Assembly (NCBI RefSeq): GCF_030028105.1
Contig: NW_027278555.1
Span: forward strand, 62,001-126,000
DNA from: Mobula birostris
Lineage: Eukaryota
DNA length: 64,000 bases
Direction: 5' to 3'
The notes beneath the pieces were generated by a model, which was given only the letters and a program-made list of their open reading frames with translations, searched no databases and was not told the DNA's origin. Below are positions 52,901-64,000 of this stretch, piece after piece (the first letter of the stretch is position 1; each line of letters starts with the position of its first letter). The position numbers were made by a program, and so were the translations under genes.

Positions 52901-55900
52901 TCCTGTCTCGCCCCACACCCCCGCGGTAGCAGCCCGGGTGGATTTGACACGCCATCCTGTCTCGCCCCACACCCCCGCGGTACCTTTCCCGAGTGGATTT
53001 GACACGCGATCCTGTCTCGCCCCACACCCCCGCGGTACCTTTCCCGAGTGGATTTGACACGCCATCCTGTCTCGCCCCACACCCCCGCGGTAGCAGCCCG
53101 GGTGGATTTGACACGCCATCCTGTCTCGCCCCACACCCCCGCGGTACCTTTCCCGAGTGGATTTGACACGCGATCCTGTCTCGCCCCACACCCCCGCGGG
53201 ACCTTTCCCGAGCGGATTTGACACGCCATCCTGTCTCGCCCCACACCCCCGCGGGACCTTTCCCGAGTGGATTTGACACGCCATCCTGTCTCGCCCCACA
53301 CCCCCGCGGGACCTTTCCCGAGCGGATTTGACACGCCATCCTGTCTCGCCCCACACCCCCGCGGGACCTTTCCCGAGTGGATTTGACACGCCATCCTGTC
53401 TCGCCCCACACCCCCGCGGTAGCAGCCCGGGTGGATTTGACACGCCATCCTGTCTCTGGACGGTAACGCCACCCACACCCCCGCGGTACCTTTCCCGGGT
53501 GGATTTGACACGCCATCCTGTCTCGCCCCACACCCCCGCGGTACCTTTCCCGAGTGGATTTGACACGCCATCCTGTCTCGCCCCACACCCCCGCGGGACC
53601 TTTCCCGAGCGGATTTGACACGCCATCCTGTCTCGCCCCACACCCCCGCGGGACCTTTCCCGAGTGGATTTGACACGCCATCCTGTCTCGCCCCACACCC
53701 CCGCGGTAGCAGCCCGGGTGGATTTGACACGCCATCCTGTCTCTGGACGGTAACGCCACCCACACCCCCGCGGTACCTTTCCCGGGTGGATTTGACACGC
53801 CATCCTGTCTCGCCCCACACCCCCGCGGTACCTTTCCCGGGTGGATTTGACACGCCATCCTGTCTCGCCCCACACCCCCGCGGTACCTTTCCCGAGCGGA
53901 TTTGACACGCCATCCTGTCTCGCCCCACACCCCCGCGGGACCTTTCCCGAGCGGATTTGACACGCCATCCTGTCTCGCCCCACACCCCCGCGGTAGCAGC
54001 CCGGGTGGATTTGACACGCCATCCTGTCTCTGGACGGTAACGCCACCCACACCCCCGCGGTACCTTTCCCGGGTGGATTTGACACGCCATCCTGTCTCGC
54101 CCCACACCCCCGCGGGACCTTTCCCGAGTGGATTTGACACGCCATCCTGTCTCGCCCCACACCCCCGCGGGACCTTTCCCGAGTGGATTTGACACGCCAT
54201 CCTGTCTCGCCCCACACCCCCGCGGGACCTTTCCCGAGTGGATTTGACACGCGATCCTGTCTCGCCCCACACCCCCGCGGGACCTTTCCCGAGTGGATTT
54301 GACACGCGATCCTGTCTCGCCCCACACCCCCGCGGTACCTTTCCCGAGTGGATTTGACACGCGATCCTGTCTCTGGACGGTAACGCCACCCACACCCCCG
54401 CGGTACCTTTCCCGAGTGGATTTGACACGCCATCCTGTCTCGCCCCACACCCCCGCGGGACCTTTCCCGAGTGGATTTGACACGCCATCCTGTCTCGCCC
54501 CACACCCCCGCGGGACCTTTCCCGAGCGGATTTGACACGCCATCCTGTCTCGCCCCACACCCCCGCGGGACCTTTCCCGAGTGGATTTGACACGCCATCC
54601 TGTCTCGCCCCACACCCCCGCGGTAGCAGCCCGGGTGGATTTGACACGCCATCCTGTCTCTGGACGGTAACGCCACCCACACCCCCGCGGTACCTTTCCC
54701 GGGTGGATTTGACACGCCATCCTGTCTCGCCCCACACCCCCGCGGTACCTTTCCCGAGTGGATTTGACACGCCATCCTGTCTCGCCCCACACCCCCGCGG
54801 GACCTTTCCCGAGCGGATTTGACACGCCATCCTGTCTCGCCCCACACCCCCGCGGGACCTTTCCCGAGTGGATTTGACACGCCATCCTGTCTCGCCCCAC
54901 ACCCCCGCGGTAGCAGCCCGGGTGGATTTGACACGCCATCCTGTCTCTGGACGGTAACGCCACCCACACCCCCGCGGTACCTTTCCCGGGTGGATTTGAC
55001 ACGCCATCCTGTGTCTGGACGGTAACGCCACCCACACCCCCGCGGTACCTTTCCCGAGTGGATTTGACACGCCATCCTGTCTCGCCCCACACCCCCGCGG
55101 TAGCAGCCCGGGTGGATTTGACACGCCATCCTGTCTCGCCCCACACCCCCGCGGTACCTTTCCCGAGCGGATTTGACACGCCATCCTGTCTCGCCCCACA
55201 CCCCCGCGGGACCTTTCCCGAGCGGATTTGACACGCCATCCTGTCTCGCCCCACACCCCCGCGGTAGCAGCCCGGGTGGATTTGACACGCCATCCTGTCT
55301 CGCCCCACACCCCCGCGGTAGCAGCCCGGGTGGATTTGACACGCCATCCTGTCTCGCCCCACACCCCCGCGGGACCTTTCCCGAGTGGATTTGACACGCC
55401 ATCCTGTCTCGCCCCACACCCCCGCGGGACCTTTCCCGGGTGGATTTGACACGCCATCCTGTCTCGCCCCACACCCCCGCGGGACCTTTCCCGAGTGGAT
55501 TTGACACGCCATCCTGTCTCGCCCCACACCCCCGCGGGACCTTTCCCGAGTGGATTTGACACGCGATCCTGTCTCGCCCCACACCCCCGCGGGACCTTTC
55601 CCGAGTGGATTTGACACGCCATCCTGTCTCGCCCCACACCCCCGCGGTAGCAGCCCGGGTGGATTTGACACGCCATCCTGTCTCTGGACGGTAACGCCAC
55701 CCACACCCCCGCGGTACCTTTCCCGGGTGGATTTGACACGCCATCCTGTCTCGCCCCACACCCCCGCGGGACCTTTCCCGAGTGGATTTGACACGCCATC
55801 CTGTCTCTGGACGGTAACGCCACCCACACCCCCGCGGTACCTTTCCCGGGTGGATTTGACACGCCATCCTGTCTCGCCCCACACCCCCGCGGGACCTTTC

Positions 55901-56122
55901 CCGAGTGGATTTGACACGCCATCCTGTCTCGCCCCACACCCCCGCGGGACCTTTCCCGAGTGGATTTGACACGCCATCCTGTCTCGCCCCACACCCCCGC
56001 GGTAGCAGCCCGGGTGGATTTGACACGCCATCCTGTCTCGCCCCACACCCCCGCGGTAGCAGCCCGGGTGGATTTGACACGCCATCCTGTCTCGCCCCAC
56101 ACCCCCGCGGTAGCAGCCCGGG
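46934..56122. repeat. ~9.2 kb CpG-rich satellite in TM9SF1 intron 1; 68-70 bp monomers to ~52820, then mostly 54/55 bp monomers
   Basis: Monomer ctttcccgagtggatttgacacgcgatcctgtgtctggacggtaacgccacccacacccccgcggtac; the short form lacks the tggacggtaac segment. Confidence 0.98.
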
Positions 56123-56147
56123 CCGATCCGCCTCCGCCGCTCCTCAC

Positions 56148-56510
56148 CTGCTCCGCGTCCAGCTGCAGCTCGCAGAGCTGCTGGCGGATCCGGTCGCGGC
56201 GGAAGGCGAGCCGGTAGAGGCTCTCGGCCATGCGGTCGCCGTCCAGCACCTCGCCGAGGCTGAGGCTGCGGTGGCGGACGCGCTGGGGCCGGCACACCGG
56301 CAGCTGGTAGTAGTGGTAGGTTTCGTGCGGGTTGTGGTACGGCCCCACCTTGTTCACGTAGAGCGGCACGTCCTGCCCCGCCTGGTACCGGCCGCCGCTG
56401 CCGCCCCCCGCCGCCCCCGCCCGGCCCGGGCCCGCCGCGCCCAGCGCCAGCGCCAGCAGCGCCGCCGCCACCGTCCCGCCGCCCGCCGGCCTGCCGCCGC
56501 CCGCCGCCAT
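56148..56510 (-). CDS. TM9SF1: TM9SF1 coding exon 1 (signal peptide and start of luminal domain)
   Basis: aagATGG context; MAAGG...[11 protein letters not shown]...[23 protein letters not shown]...[10 protein letters not shown]...EQ|gtgagg; exons sum to 1836 nt = 611 aa plus stop. Confidence 0.94.
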
Positions 56511-56830
56511 CTTAGCAGCCAGGACCCTGCAGGACCCCAGCCAGCGGGGCAGGGCAGCCCGCACCCCGCCTTACATCCGCACCCGGCGGCAGTAGCAATG
56601 GACTCCGCCTGCTCAGCTCTGCGCCCCCCTTTTAGGGGCGGCGGCGTCTCGCTTTCGGCTGGAGGAACCGAGGGGGGGGGAACGAGTGAAAGCAGGCGCG
56701 GAAAGGACGACTTCGCCACGTCACCTGCAGCAACCGTCGCCGCTCGCCAGAAAAGAGCGCATGCGCCGCGCAGCCCTTACCCCCCCCTTGTACGGTGCAT
56801 TACCGCCACCTAGTGGTCCTTTCCTCTCAC
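56511..56830 (-). promoter_or_regulatory. CpG-island promoter / 5' region of TM9SF1
   Basis: CpG-dense; GCGCATGCGC (NRF1-type) at 56757-56766; TGACGTGGC on - at 56723-56715; YY1-type AAGATGGCG over the start codon. Confidence 0.65.
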
Positions 56831-56876
56831 AGCAGCAACTAGTTTACTTCCAAAAACTTCCAGCGCCGTCCCTTCA

Positions 56877-57281
56877 CACCTCAGTAAAACCTCGCATATA
56901 AATCCCCCACCTCAGTAAAACCTCGCATTTAAATCTCCCACCTCAGTAAAACCTCGCGTTTAAATCCCCCACCTCAGTAAAACCTCGCATTTAAATCTCC
57001 CACCTCAGTAAAACCTCGCATTTAAATCCCCCACCTCAGTAAAACCTCGCATTTAAATCCCCCACCTCAGTAAAACCTCGCATTAAAATCCCCCACCTCA
57101 GTAAAACCTCGCATTTAAATCCCCCCACCTCAGTAAAACCTCGCATTTAAATCCCCCACCTCAGTAAAACCTCACATTTAAATCCCCCACCTCAGTAAAA
57201 CCTTGCATTTAAATCTCCCACCTCAGTAAAACCTCGCATATAAATCCCCCACCTCAGTAAAACCTCGCATTTAAATCCCCC
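56877..57281. repeat. Minisatellite, 31-bp unit, ~13 copies, just upstream of TM9SF1
   Basis: cacctcagtaaaacctcgcatttaaatcccc repeated (56881, 56912 and onward). Confidence 0.96.
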
Positions 57282-57516
57282 GACCAGTAGCTGAAAAACT
57301 TCTAGCATTCCATTGTAAAAAAGAGCAATATAGAAAAGTAAGAGAAAAAAGACATTCACAACTCTTCTTTGAAGTCTGAACATTACTTACCACCACCTTG
57401 TAAATAAGACACTACCAAGTCAGGTGTGTACAGCAATTCATCCCCCCCCCCCGCACAATTAAAGCATGGAATAATCTTTATCCTACCGCAGTCACACAAC
57501 CAAACCCAATTAAATT

Positions 57517-57632
57517 CAAGCAACACACATCAAAGTTGCTGGTGAAGGCAGCAGGCCAGGCAGCATCTCTAGGAAGAGGTACGTTTCAGGCCGCGACCCT
57601 TCGTCAGGCATCTGCAGAATTCCTGTTGTTTG
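57517..57632. mobile_element. Penelope-pLTR mini insertion with inverted ends and a hammerhead core remnant
   Basis: - strand CTGACGAagggtcgcggcctGAAAcgta at 57607-57580; cccaattaaatt duplicated at 57505-57516 and 57633-57644. Confidence 0.75.
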
Positions 57633-58299
57633 CCCAATTAAATTTAAGCCAGCTTTTCTTCTTCAAAAATCTCCTTCTTAAGCCCACCCTCCACCACCTC
57701 CAGTTTAAATTCCATGTGGAATATCTTGGAGGATCAAGAACCAAGACCAAAAGGCATAGAAGCAGAATTAGGCCATTCAGCCCATCGACTCTGCCCTGCC
57801 ATTCCATCATGGCTCATCCCGGATCCCACTCAACCCCATACACCTGCCTACTCACCATGTCCTTTGATGCCCTGACCGGTCAGGAAACGATCAGCTTTCA
57901 CCTTAAATATACCCACTGACTTGGCCTCCACATCAATGTGTGACAGAGTATTCCAAAAAATCACTACTCACTGGCTAAAATTTCCCCCTTACCTCTGTTC
58001 TAAAACATCTCCCCTCAGCTCTGAGGCTGTGCCCGCTAGAGCACCATTAATAACTTCTATCTTACGATGTTTTTTTCTGCAGCTTCTAATATAACATTAT
58101 TTTTTCTGCCCCACTTTTAGTTCGTGTCGTTCAATTTACCACATCTGCCATGAAAGTAACAATTTTTATTTTATCTACAGTCAACGAATCCCTTGTTATA
58201 AAACTGTACTCTACCTGTGTTTTGGATATTAATAGGTCCCTTTGACTGTACTTTCTGAAGAGCCTCTGCGTATGAAACAATCTGAACACACTGCACTTT

Positions 58300-60230
58300 A
58301 AATTCCAAGTGGATTTATTATCAGAGTGCATATCTGACCCTGAGATTTGTTTTCTAATGGGCATAAATAAACTATAATAGAATCAATCAACGGAGGACAA
58401 CCAGAGTGTCAAAGACAACACACTCTGCAAATGGAAAAAGAAAAAAATAAAATAATAACAAATAAATAAATAGGCAATAAATTTCGAGAACGTGAGATGA
58501 AGTGGGTGCATAGGTTGTGGAAGCAGTTCAGTGTTGGGGTGAGTGAAGTTATCCACGCTGGTTCAGGAGCCTGATGGTTGAGGGGTAATAACTGTTCCTG
58601 AACTTGATGGAGTGGGTCCTGAGGCTCCTGCGCCTCCTTCCTGATGGCAGCACGGCCTGGGTGGTGGGGGTCTCTGGTGATGGATGCTGCTTTCCTGCAA
58701 CAGCCTTTCATGTAGATGTGCTCAGTGGTGGGGAGGGCTTTACCTGTGATGGATTTGGCCGTATCCAGTACTTTTTGAGGGTTTGCTGTTCAGGGTCATT
58801 GCTGGTTCCGTACCAGGCTGTGATGTAGCCTGTCAATACACTCTCCACTACATGTCTATAGAAGTTTGTCCAAGTTTTAGATGACGTGCTGAATCCTCGC
58901 AAACTCCTCAGGAAGTAGAGATGCTGCCATGCTTTCTTTATAATTCCAGTTACCATGACAGCTCCTTCGAAATAATAAAACCCAGGAATTTAAAGTTGCT
59001 GACCCTCTCCGCCTGTGATGCCCTGATGAGGACTGGCTCATCCATGTCGGGTCTTCTCCTCCTGAAGTCAACAATCAGCCTCTCGGTCTCGCTGACACTG
59101 AGTGAGAGGCTGTTGTCGTGGCGCCACTCAGCCAGAGTTTCAATCTCGCTCCTACGGGCTGCTTTGTCACCACCTTCCATTCAGCCAATGACATCGGTGT
59201 CATAAGCAAACATGACTATGGCATTGGAGCGGTGCCTAGCCACACGTAGGTGCAGAGCGAGTCGAGCGGGGGACTAAGCACACAGCCCTGTGGCTCACCT
59301 GTGCTGATGGAGATGGTGGAGGAGATGTTGTTGCCAATCCGAACTGACTGAGCGAGGAAATCCAGGATCTAATCGCAGGAGGAGGTTTTGAGTTCGAGGT
59401 CTTGGAGCTTATTGATTAGTTTTGAGGGGACGATGGTATTGACTGCTGAGCTGTAGTCGATAAAGAGCATCCTGGTGTTTGCATCTTTGCTGCCAAGGTT
59501 GAGTGAAGAGCCAGTGACATGGCAGCTGCTGGGGACCAAACTGGACCAAACAAGCCACTCCTCAGACAGTGATGACATGTTTCATCGTCAAGCTCTCAAA
59601 ACACTTCATCACAGTGGATCAAAGTTCTACTGGACGATAAGCATTGAGGCAAGTTACCATGTTTTCTTGAGCACCGGTGTAATTGAAGCCTGCTTACCTC
59701 AGACTGCCGAAGCGAGAGGTTAACGATCTCAGCAAACACACCGGCCAGTTGATCAGCACAGGTCTTTAGCGCGTGGCTAGCTATCCCGTCTGGGCCGGAT
59801 ACTTTCCTTGGGTTCATCCTCATGAAGGATGCTTCAACGTCGGCCTCAGAGACTGAAATCACAGGGACTTGTGGGAGTTTGTGAAGGTTCCTCCATGTTT
59901 TAACGGTCGAAGCGTGCATAGGAGGCACCGAGTTCACCTGGAAGCGAAGTCCCTCTGTCTCCTGTGTCACTCGATGCCACTTGCTGAGGGGGATCACATT
60001 CATGCCCTGCCACATTCTTCATTCATTCAGGATTCGCCCCGAGACGGCTTTCCGGAGATCATACCTGGACCTCTGGTCACCTCCTTGGTCACCAGACTTG
60101 AACTCCCCCAAGATGACTCTCAGCAGACTGTCGATCTCAAGGTTCATCCAGGGCTCCTGACTGGAGAAGGCTCTGAATGATTTTGTGGGGACACACTCGT
60201 CTACGACTGTTTCGGTAAAGTCTTCCACGG
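58300..60230 (-). mobile_element. Rex1/Babar-type LINE, decayed
   Basis: ORFs 59596-60015, 59369-59578 (MLFIDYSSAVNTI), 58950-59180 and 58708-58956. Confidence 0.88.
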
Positions 60231-60289
60231 TTTTCTTTCATACAGGACGCCCAGCCTAGGCAGAGCTATGTTCTTGTCCACAGTTGCTG

Positions 60290-60960
60290 CATTTTAGCCT
60301 AAAACCTTCTCCACTACATCTACCACATGAGCGAACTCCTGACGGTGAAAACATTCTAGGAGAGGCAGCACGTAGACTCGAACCATACAATTCATAGAAC
60401 CCAAATTAAACCGGTTCAGAAACTTTCTTCCGTCACATTTAATCAATACTGAGAAGTTATCTGTACTTACTCCACCAAAAAACCCTTTCAGCGTTACAAC
60501 TTTCCCCCTAGTTTTCACTTTGTCCAGTGATTCATCTAGAGGCTCTCCTGTAATTGCTCCCCAAAGCCACCATTGTTCAATATAATTCATTGGATTAGTT
60601 TCCCTCCTTCCCACAACTTTTATTGCTGAAGCTTATCGTCTTTACACCAAGATTGCACCATCTCTTGGAGATCCGGAGCCCACCAATATCTCCTCGTGGT
60701 TTTTCCAAACCCTTAGTTAATGTAACCAGACTGGTATCAGGAACAGGCCCACGCGCAGAACTCAGCAACACCTCAAGCTCTTCCTTCCTTCTTTTATTTA
60801 AATCCTCTCTCCCGGACGACAAGCCCCCACAAGCCTCAAACCCCCTCTTATCTTTCTGTTCCCCAGCGGCCTGCCATTCGGCACCCTTCACGCTGCTCCT
60901 GTCACCCAGTACCGCCTCCCGTTCGCTACCCGTCTCCTTCACTGCTTCCCGCAATCCTCC
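60290..60960 (-). mobile_element. Possible decayed I/Nimb-group LINE ORF1 (gag-like)
   Basis: VRVYVLPLLECFHRQEFAHV resembles a degenerate VRxYVPxPLRCFxCQxFGH zinc knuckle. Confidence 0.45.
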
Positions 60961-60974
60961 GCTGAAACGCCCCC

Positions 60975-61385
60975 ACCCCCGTCGCTTCTGGCCGAGACCC
61001 TTCTTTAAGAGGGTCTGAGAGGGAGGGGGCAGAAACCAATATAAAAAGGGATGGTGGGGGGGGGGAGGCGGAGAGGGAAGCTGGCAGGTGAGAGGTGAGC
61101 AACACACAAAATCTGGAAGAACTCAGCAAGTCAGGCAGTAACTGTGGAGGCGGAATAATCCTTGCACCGTGTGCCCATACAAACTCACATCTGCCAGCTT
61201 GTAATCCCTGTCCCCCTCCCCGACCCCCACCCTCTTATTCTGGCATCTTCCCCCCTACTTCCAGTCCTGCTGAAGGGACTCAGTCCGAAATATCGACAGT
61301 TTATTCCCCTCCACAGACGCTGCCTGACCTGCTGAGTACCCCCACCAGCGTTTTGCATGCGTGTCGCTCAAGATTTTCCAGACTT
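60975..61385. mobile_element. Two decayed Penelope pLTR fragments
   Basis: Mutated hammerhead cores near 60980-61010 (-) and 61263-61298 (+, CTGCTGA...GAAA); cctgacctgctgag motif. Confidence 0.6.
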
Positions 61386-62532
61386 TGACCAATCTCTTGT
61401 GCGGGTGACAGGTGGGGGGGCGGGTGACACGAAATGCGAAGCTGGGAGGTGACGGTGGAAGAGGGAAAGGGCCAAAGAGAAGGGAATCCGACGGGGCGGT
61501 TGGGGAGGGGGTGCGGTGGTTCTTTGACGGACAGGCACTGGGCTGGTGCCCATTCCTGGCCACACAAGTTGTTTCCTTTATTTTAATATTTATTCAGGAA
61601 TACAGCACGGCAACAGGCCCTGTCAGCCCGATCAGTACGCGCCACCCTGCTACACCCATGTGACCAATGTGGGAGGAAACCAGAGCACCCGGAGGAAACC
61701 CACGCGGTCACGGGGAGAGCGTACAAACTCCTCACAAAAAGCAGCAAGAAATAAACGGATGTGTTATTCTGCCGCCCGTGTCCTATCGCCTCCGCCTAGA
61801 CCAAGGGACACGGCAGCCGAATTACCCTGTCCTGCTCCACCCGCGGGCTCAGATTTAATTTCACCGGCATACGCTGTGAAACCTGTTATTTTGCAACAGT
61901 AGTACACTACACTGCAAAACAATAAACGCGGTGGATTGCGGTAAGAAGTCGAGATGTACTAAAATTAAACAAATAGCGCAAAAAGAGGAAAAGGAGCAGT
62001 GAGGTAGCGTTCATGGGTTCAGTGTCCACTCAGAGGGGAAGAAGTTGTTCCTGAATCGTTGAGTGCGTGCTTTCAGGCTGATCATGGCTAATTTATTGTC
62101 CCTCTCAACCCCGTTCTCCTGCTTTCGTCCCGTTAACCTCGGACGCCCCGACTAACCGAGAGCCTATCCATCTCCGTTTCAAATACGCCAGGTGGCTTGG
62201 CTTCTGCAGCCGTCGGTGGTAAGGAATTGCACAGATTCACCCGCCCCCGGTGAGAGAAACTTCCCCCACCTCAGCTCCGTTTCAAAGGGATGTCCTTCTT
62301 CCCTGAGGCTGTGTCCTGCAGTCCCTCTCTGCAGACTCCTCCTAATGCAGAGCGAGGGTGAACGCGGGACGAAACCCAGGCGGCCTTGCGGAGAAACTAA
62401 AAGGGTTAGCGGTGTTAAAAGGGGATTTAAAAGCTCCTTCCCAACTGAACACTGGAGAGCGCAAGTCCAAGGCGAGAGGGGAAAGATTTAAAACGGATCT
62501 GAGAGGCAAACATTTCGCCAAAAGAGCGGGGT

Positions 62533-64000
62533 GTCAGTGGGGGGGGGGGATTGTGCACACAGAGGCGTGTGTGAGTGGGGGAGATCGTACACAGAGGGGT
62601 GTGTGAGTGGGGAGATCGTACACAGAGGCGTGTGTGAGTGGGGGAGATCGTACACAGAGGGGTGTGTGAGTGGGGAGATCGTACACAGAGGGGTGTGTGA
62701 GTGGGGAGATCGTACACAGAGGCGTGTGTGAGTGGGGGAGATCGTACACAGAGGGGTGTGTGAGTGGGGGAGATCGTACACAGAGGAGTGTGTGAGTGGG
62801 GAGATCGTACACAGAGGGGTGTGTGAGTGGGGGAGATTGTACACAGAGGGGTGTGTGAGTGGGGAGATCGTACACAGAGGCGTGTGTGAGTGGGGGAGAT
62901 CGTACACAGAGGGGTGTGTGAGTGGGGGAGATTGTACACAGAGGGGTGTGTGAGTGGGGGGACATTGTACACAGAAGGGTGTGTGAGTGGGGAGATCGTA
63001 CACAGAGGGGTGTGTGAGTGGGGGAGATCGTACACAGAGAGGTGTGTGAGTGGGGGAGATCGTACACAGAGGGGTGTGTGAGTGGGGGAGATTGTACACA
63101 GAGGGGTGTGTGAGTGGGGAGATTATACATAGAGGGGTGTGTGAGTGGGGAGATTGTATACAGAGGGGTGTGTGACCGGGGAGAATGTACACAGAGGGGA
63201 GTGTGAGTGTGGGGAGGTTGTACACAGACGGGTCTGTGAATGGGGGAGATCGTATACAGAGGGGTGTGTGACTGGGGAGATTGTACACAGAGGAGTGTGT
63301 GAGTGGGGTGGGGGAGATTGTACACAGAGGGGTGTGTGAGTGGAGAGAGATAGTACACAGAGGGGTGTGTGAGTGGGGGGAGATTGTACACAGAAGGGTG
63401 TGTGAGTGGGGGAGATTGTACACAGAAGGGTGTGTGAGTGGGGAGATTGTACACAGAGGGGTGTGCGAGTGGGGAGATTGTACACAGAGGGGTGTGTGAG
63501 TGGGGGAGATTGTACACAGAAGGGTGTGTGAGTGGGGAGATTGTACACAGAGGGGTGTGCGAGTGGGGAGATTGTACACAGAGGGGTGTGTGAGTGGGGG
63601 AGATTGTACACAGAATGGTGTGCGAGTGGGGAGATTGTACACAGAGGGGTGTGCGAGTGGGGAGATTGTACACAGAGGGGTGTGCGAGTGGGGGAGATTG
63701 TACATAGAGGGGTGTGTGAGTGGGGAGATTGTACACAGAGGGGTGTGTGAGTGGGGGAGATCGTACACAGAGGGGTGGGTGAGTGGGGGAGATCGTATAC
63801 AGAGGGGTGTGTGAGTGGGGAGATTGTACACAGAGGAGTGTGTGAGTGGGGAGATTGTACACAGAGGGGTGTGTGAGTAGGGGAGATTTTACACAGAGGG
63901 GTGTGTGAGTGGGGAGATCGTACACAGAGGGGTGTGTGAGTGGGGAGATGGTACAGAGAGGGGTGTGTGAGTGGGGGAGATTGTACACAGAGGGGTGTGT
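62533..64000. repeat. G-rich minisatellite, 31-32 bp unit, at least 45 copies, runs off the window end
   Basis: gagatcgtacacagaggggtgtgtgagtggg repeated. Confidence 0.98.

Noticed and set aside
47019-56295. ORFs of 3073, 1381, 1380, 1087 and 451 aa as independent genes
   Set aside because: They are translations of a non-triplet satellite in all frames with the same cyclic peptide, and they lie almost entirely inside TM9SF1 intron 1
56511-56564. N-terminal extension of TM9SF1 from the ORF-track start at 56564
   Set aside because: Non-ATG start; the ATG at 56510 has good context and precedes the signal peptide
46934-57281. CRISPR-like arrays
   Set aside because: Head-to-tail repeats with no unique spacers, no cas genes, and a vertebrate context
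62427-63988. His/Pro/Thr-rich ORFs up to 484 aa
   Set aside because: Translation of the 31-32 bp minisatellite

Overview
Vertebrate genomic DNA, most likely from a cartilaginous fish (probably a ray), judging by its CR1, Rex1/Babar, Penelope and V-SINE-type repeats. It holds two complete spliced genes in convergent orientation. MDP1 lies on + with 6 coding exons (18293-23895, 169 aa). TM9SF1 lies on - with 5 coding exons (56510-34812, 611 aa) and probably has a separate 3' UTR exon near 25620-26130. There is also a candidate first exon of an unidentified divergent transcript at the MDP1 CpG island. Most of the rest is nested, decayed retrotransposons, one non-autonomous hAT element and seven tandem arrays, including a ~9 kb CpG-rich satellite that starts 25 nt inside TM9SF1 intron 1. 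The very long ORFs in the track (1000-3000 aa) come from that satellite. Best leads: a LINE with a tRNA-Thr-like 5' head, Penelope hammerhead ribozymes and palindromic mini-insertions with target duplications, the layered satellite with an inverted monomer at its old edge, and the 3' UTR intron. No clearly new biological system is demonstrable from sequence alone. Family names come from recognising motifs, not from database searches, and TE boundaries are approximate unless a target duplication is quoted.
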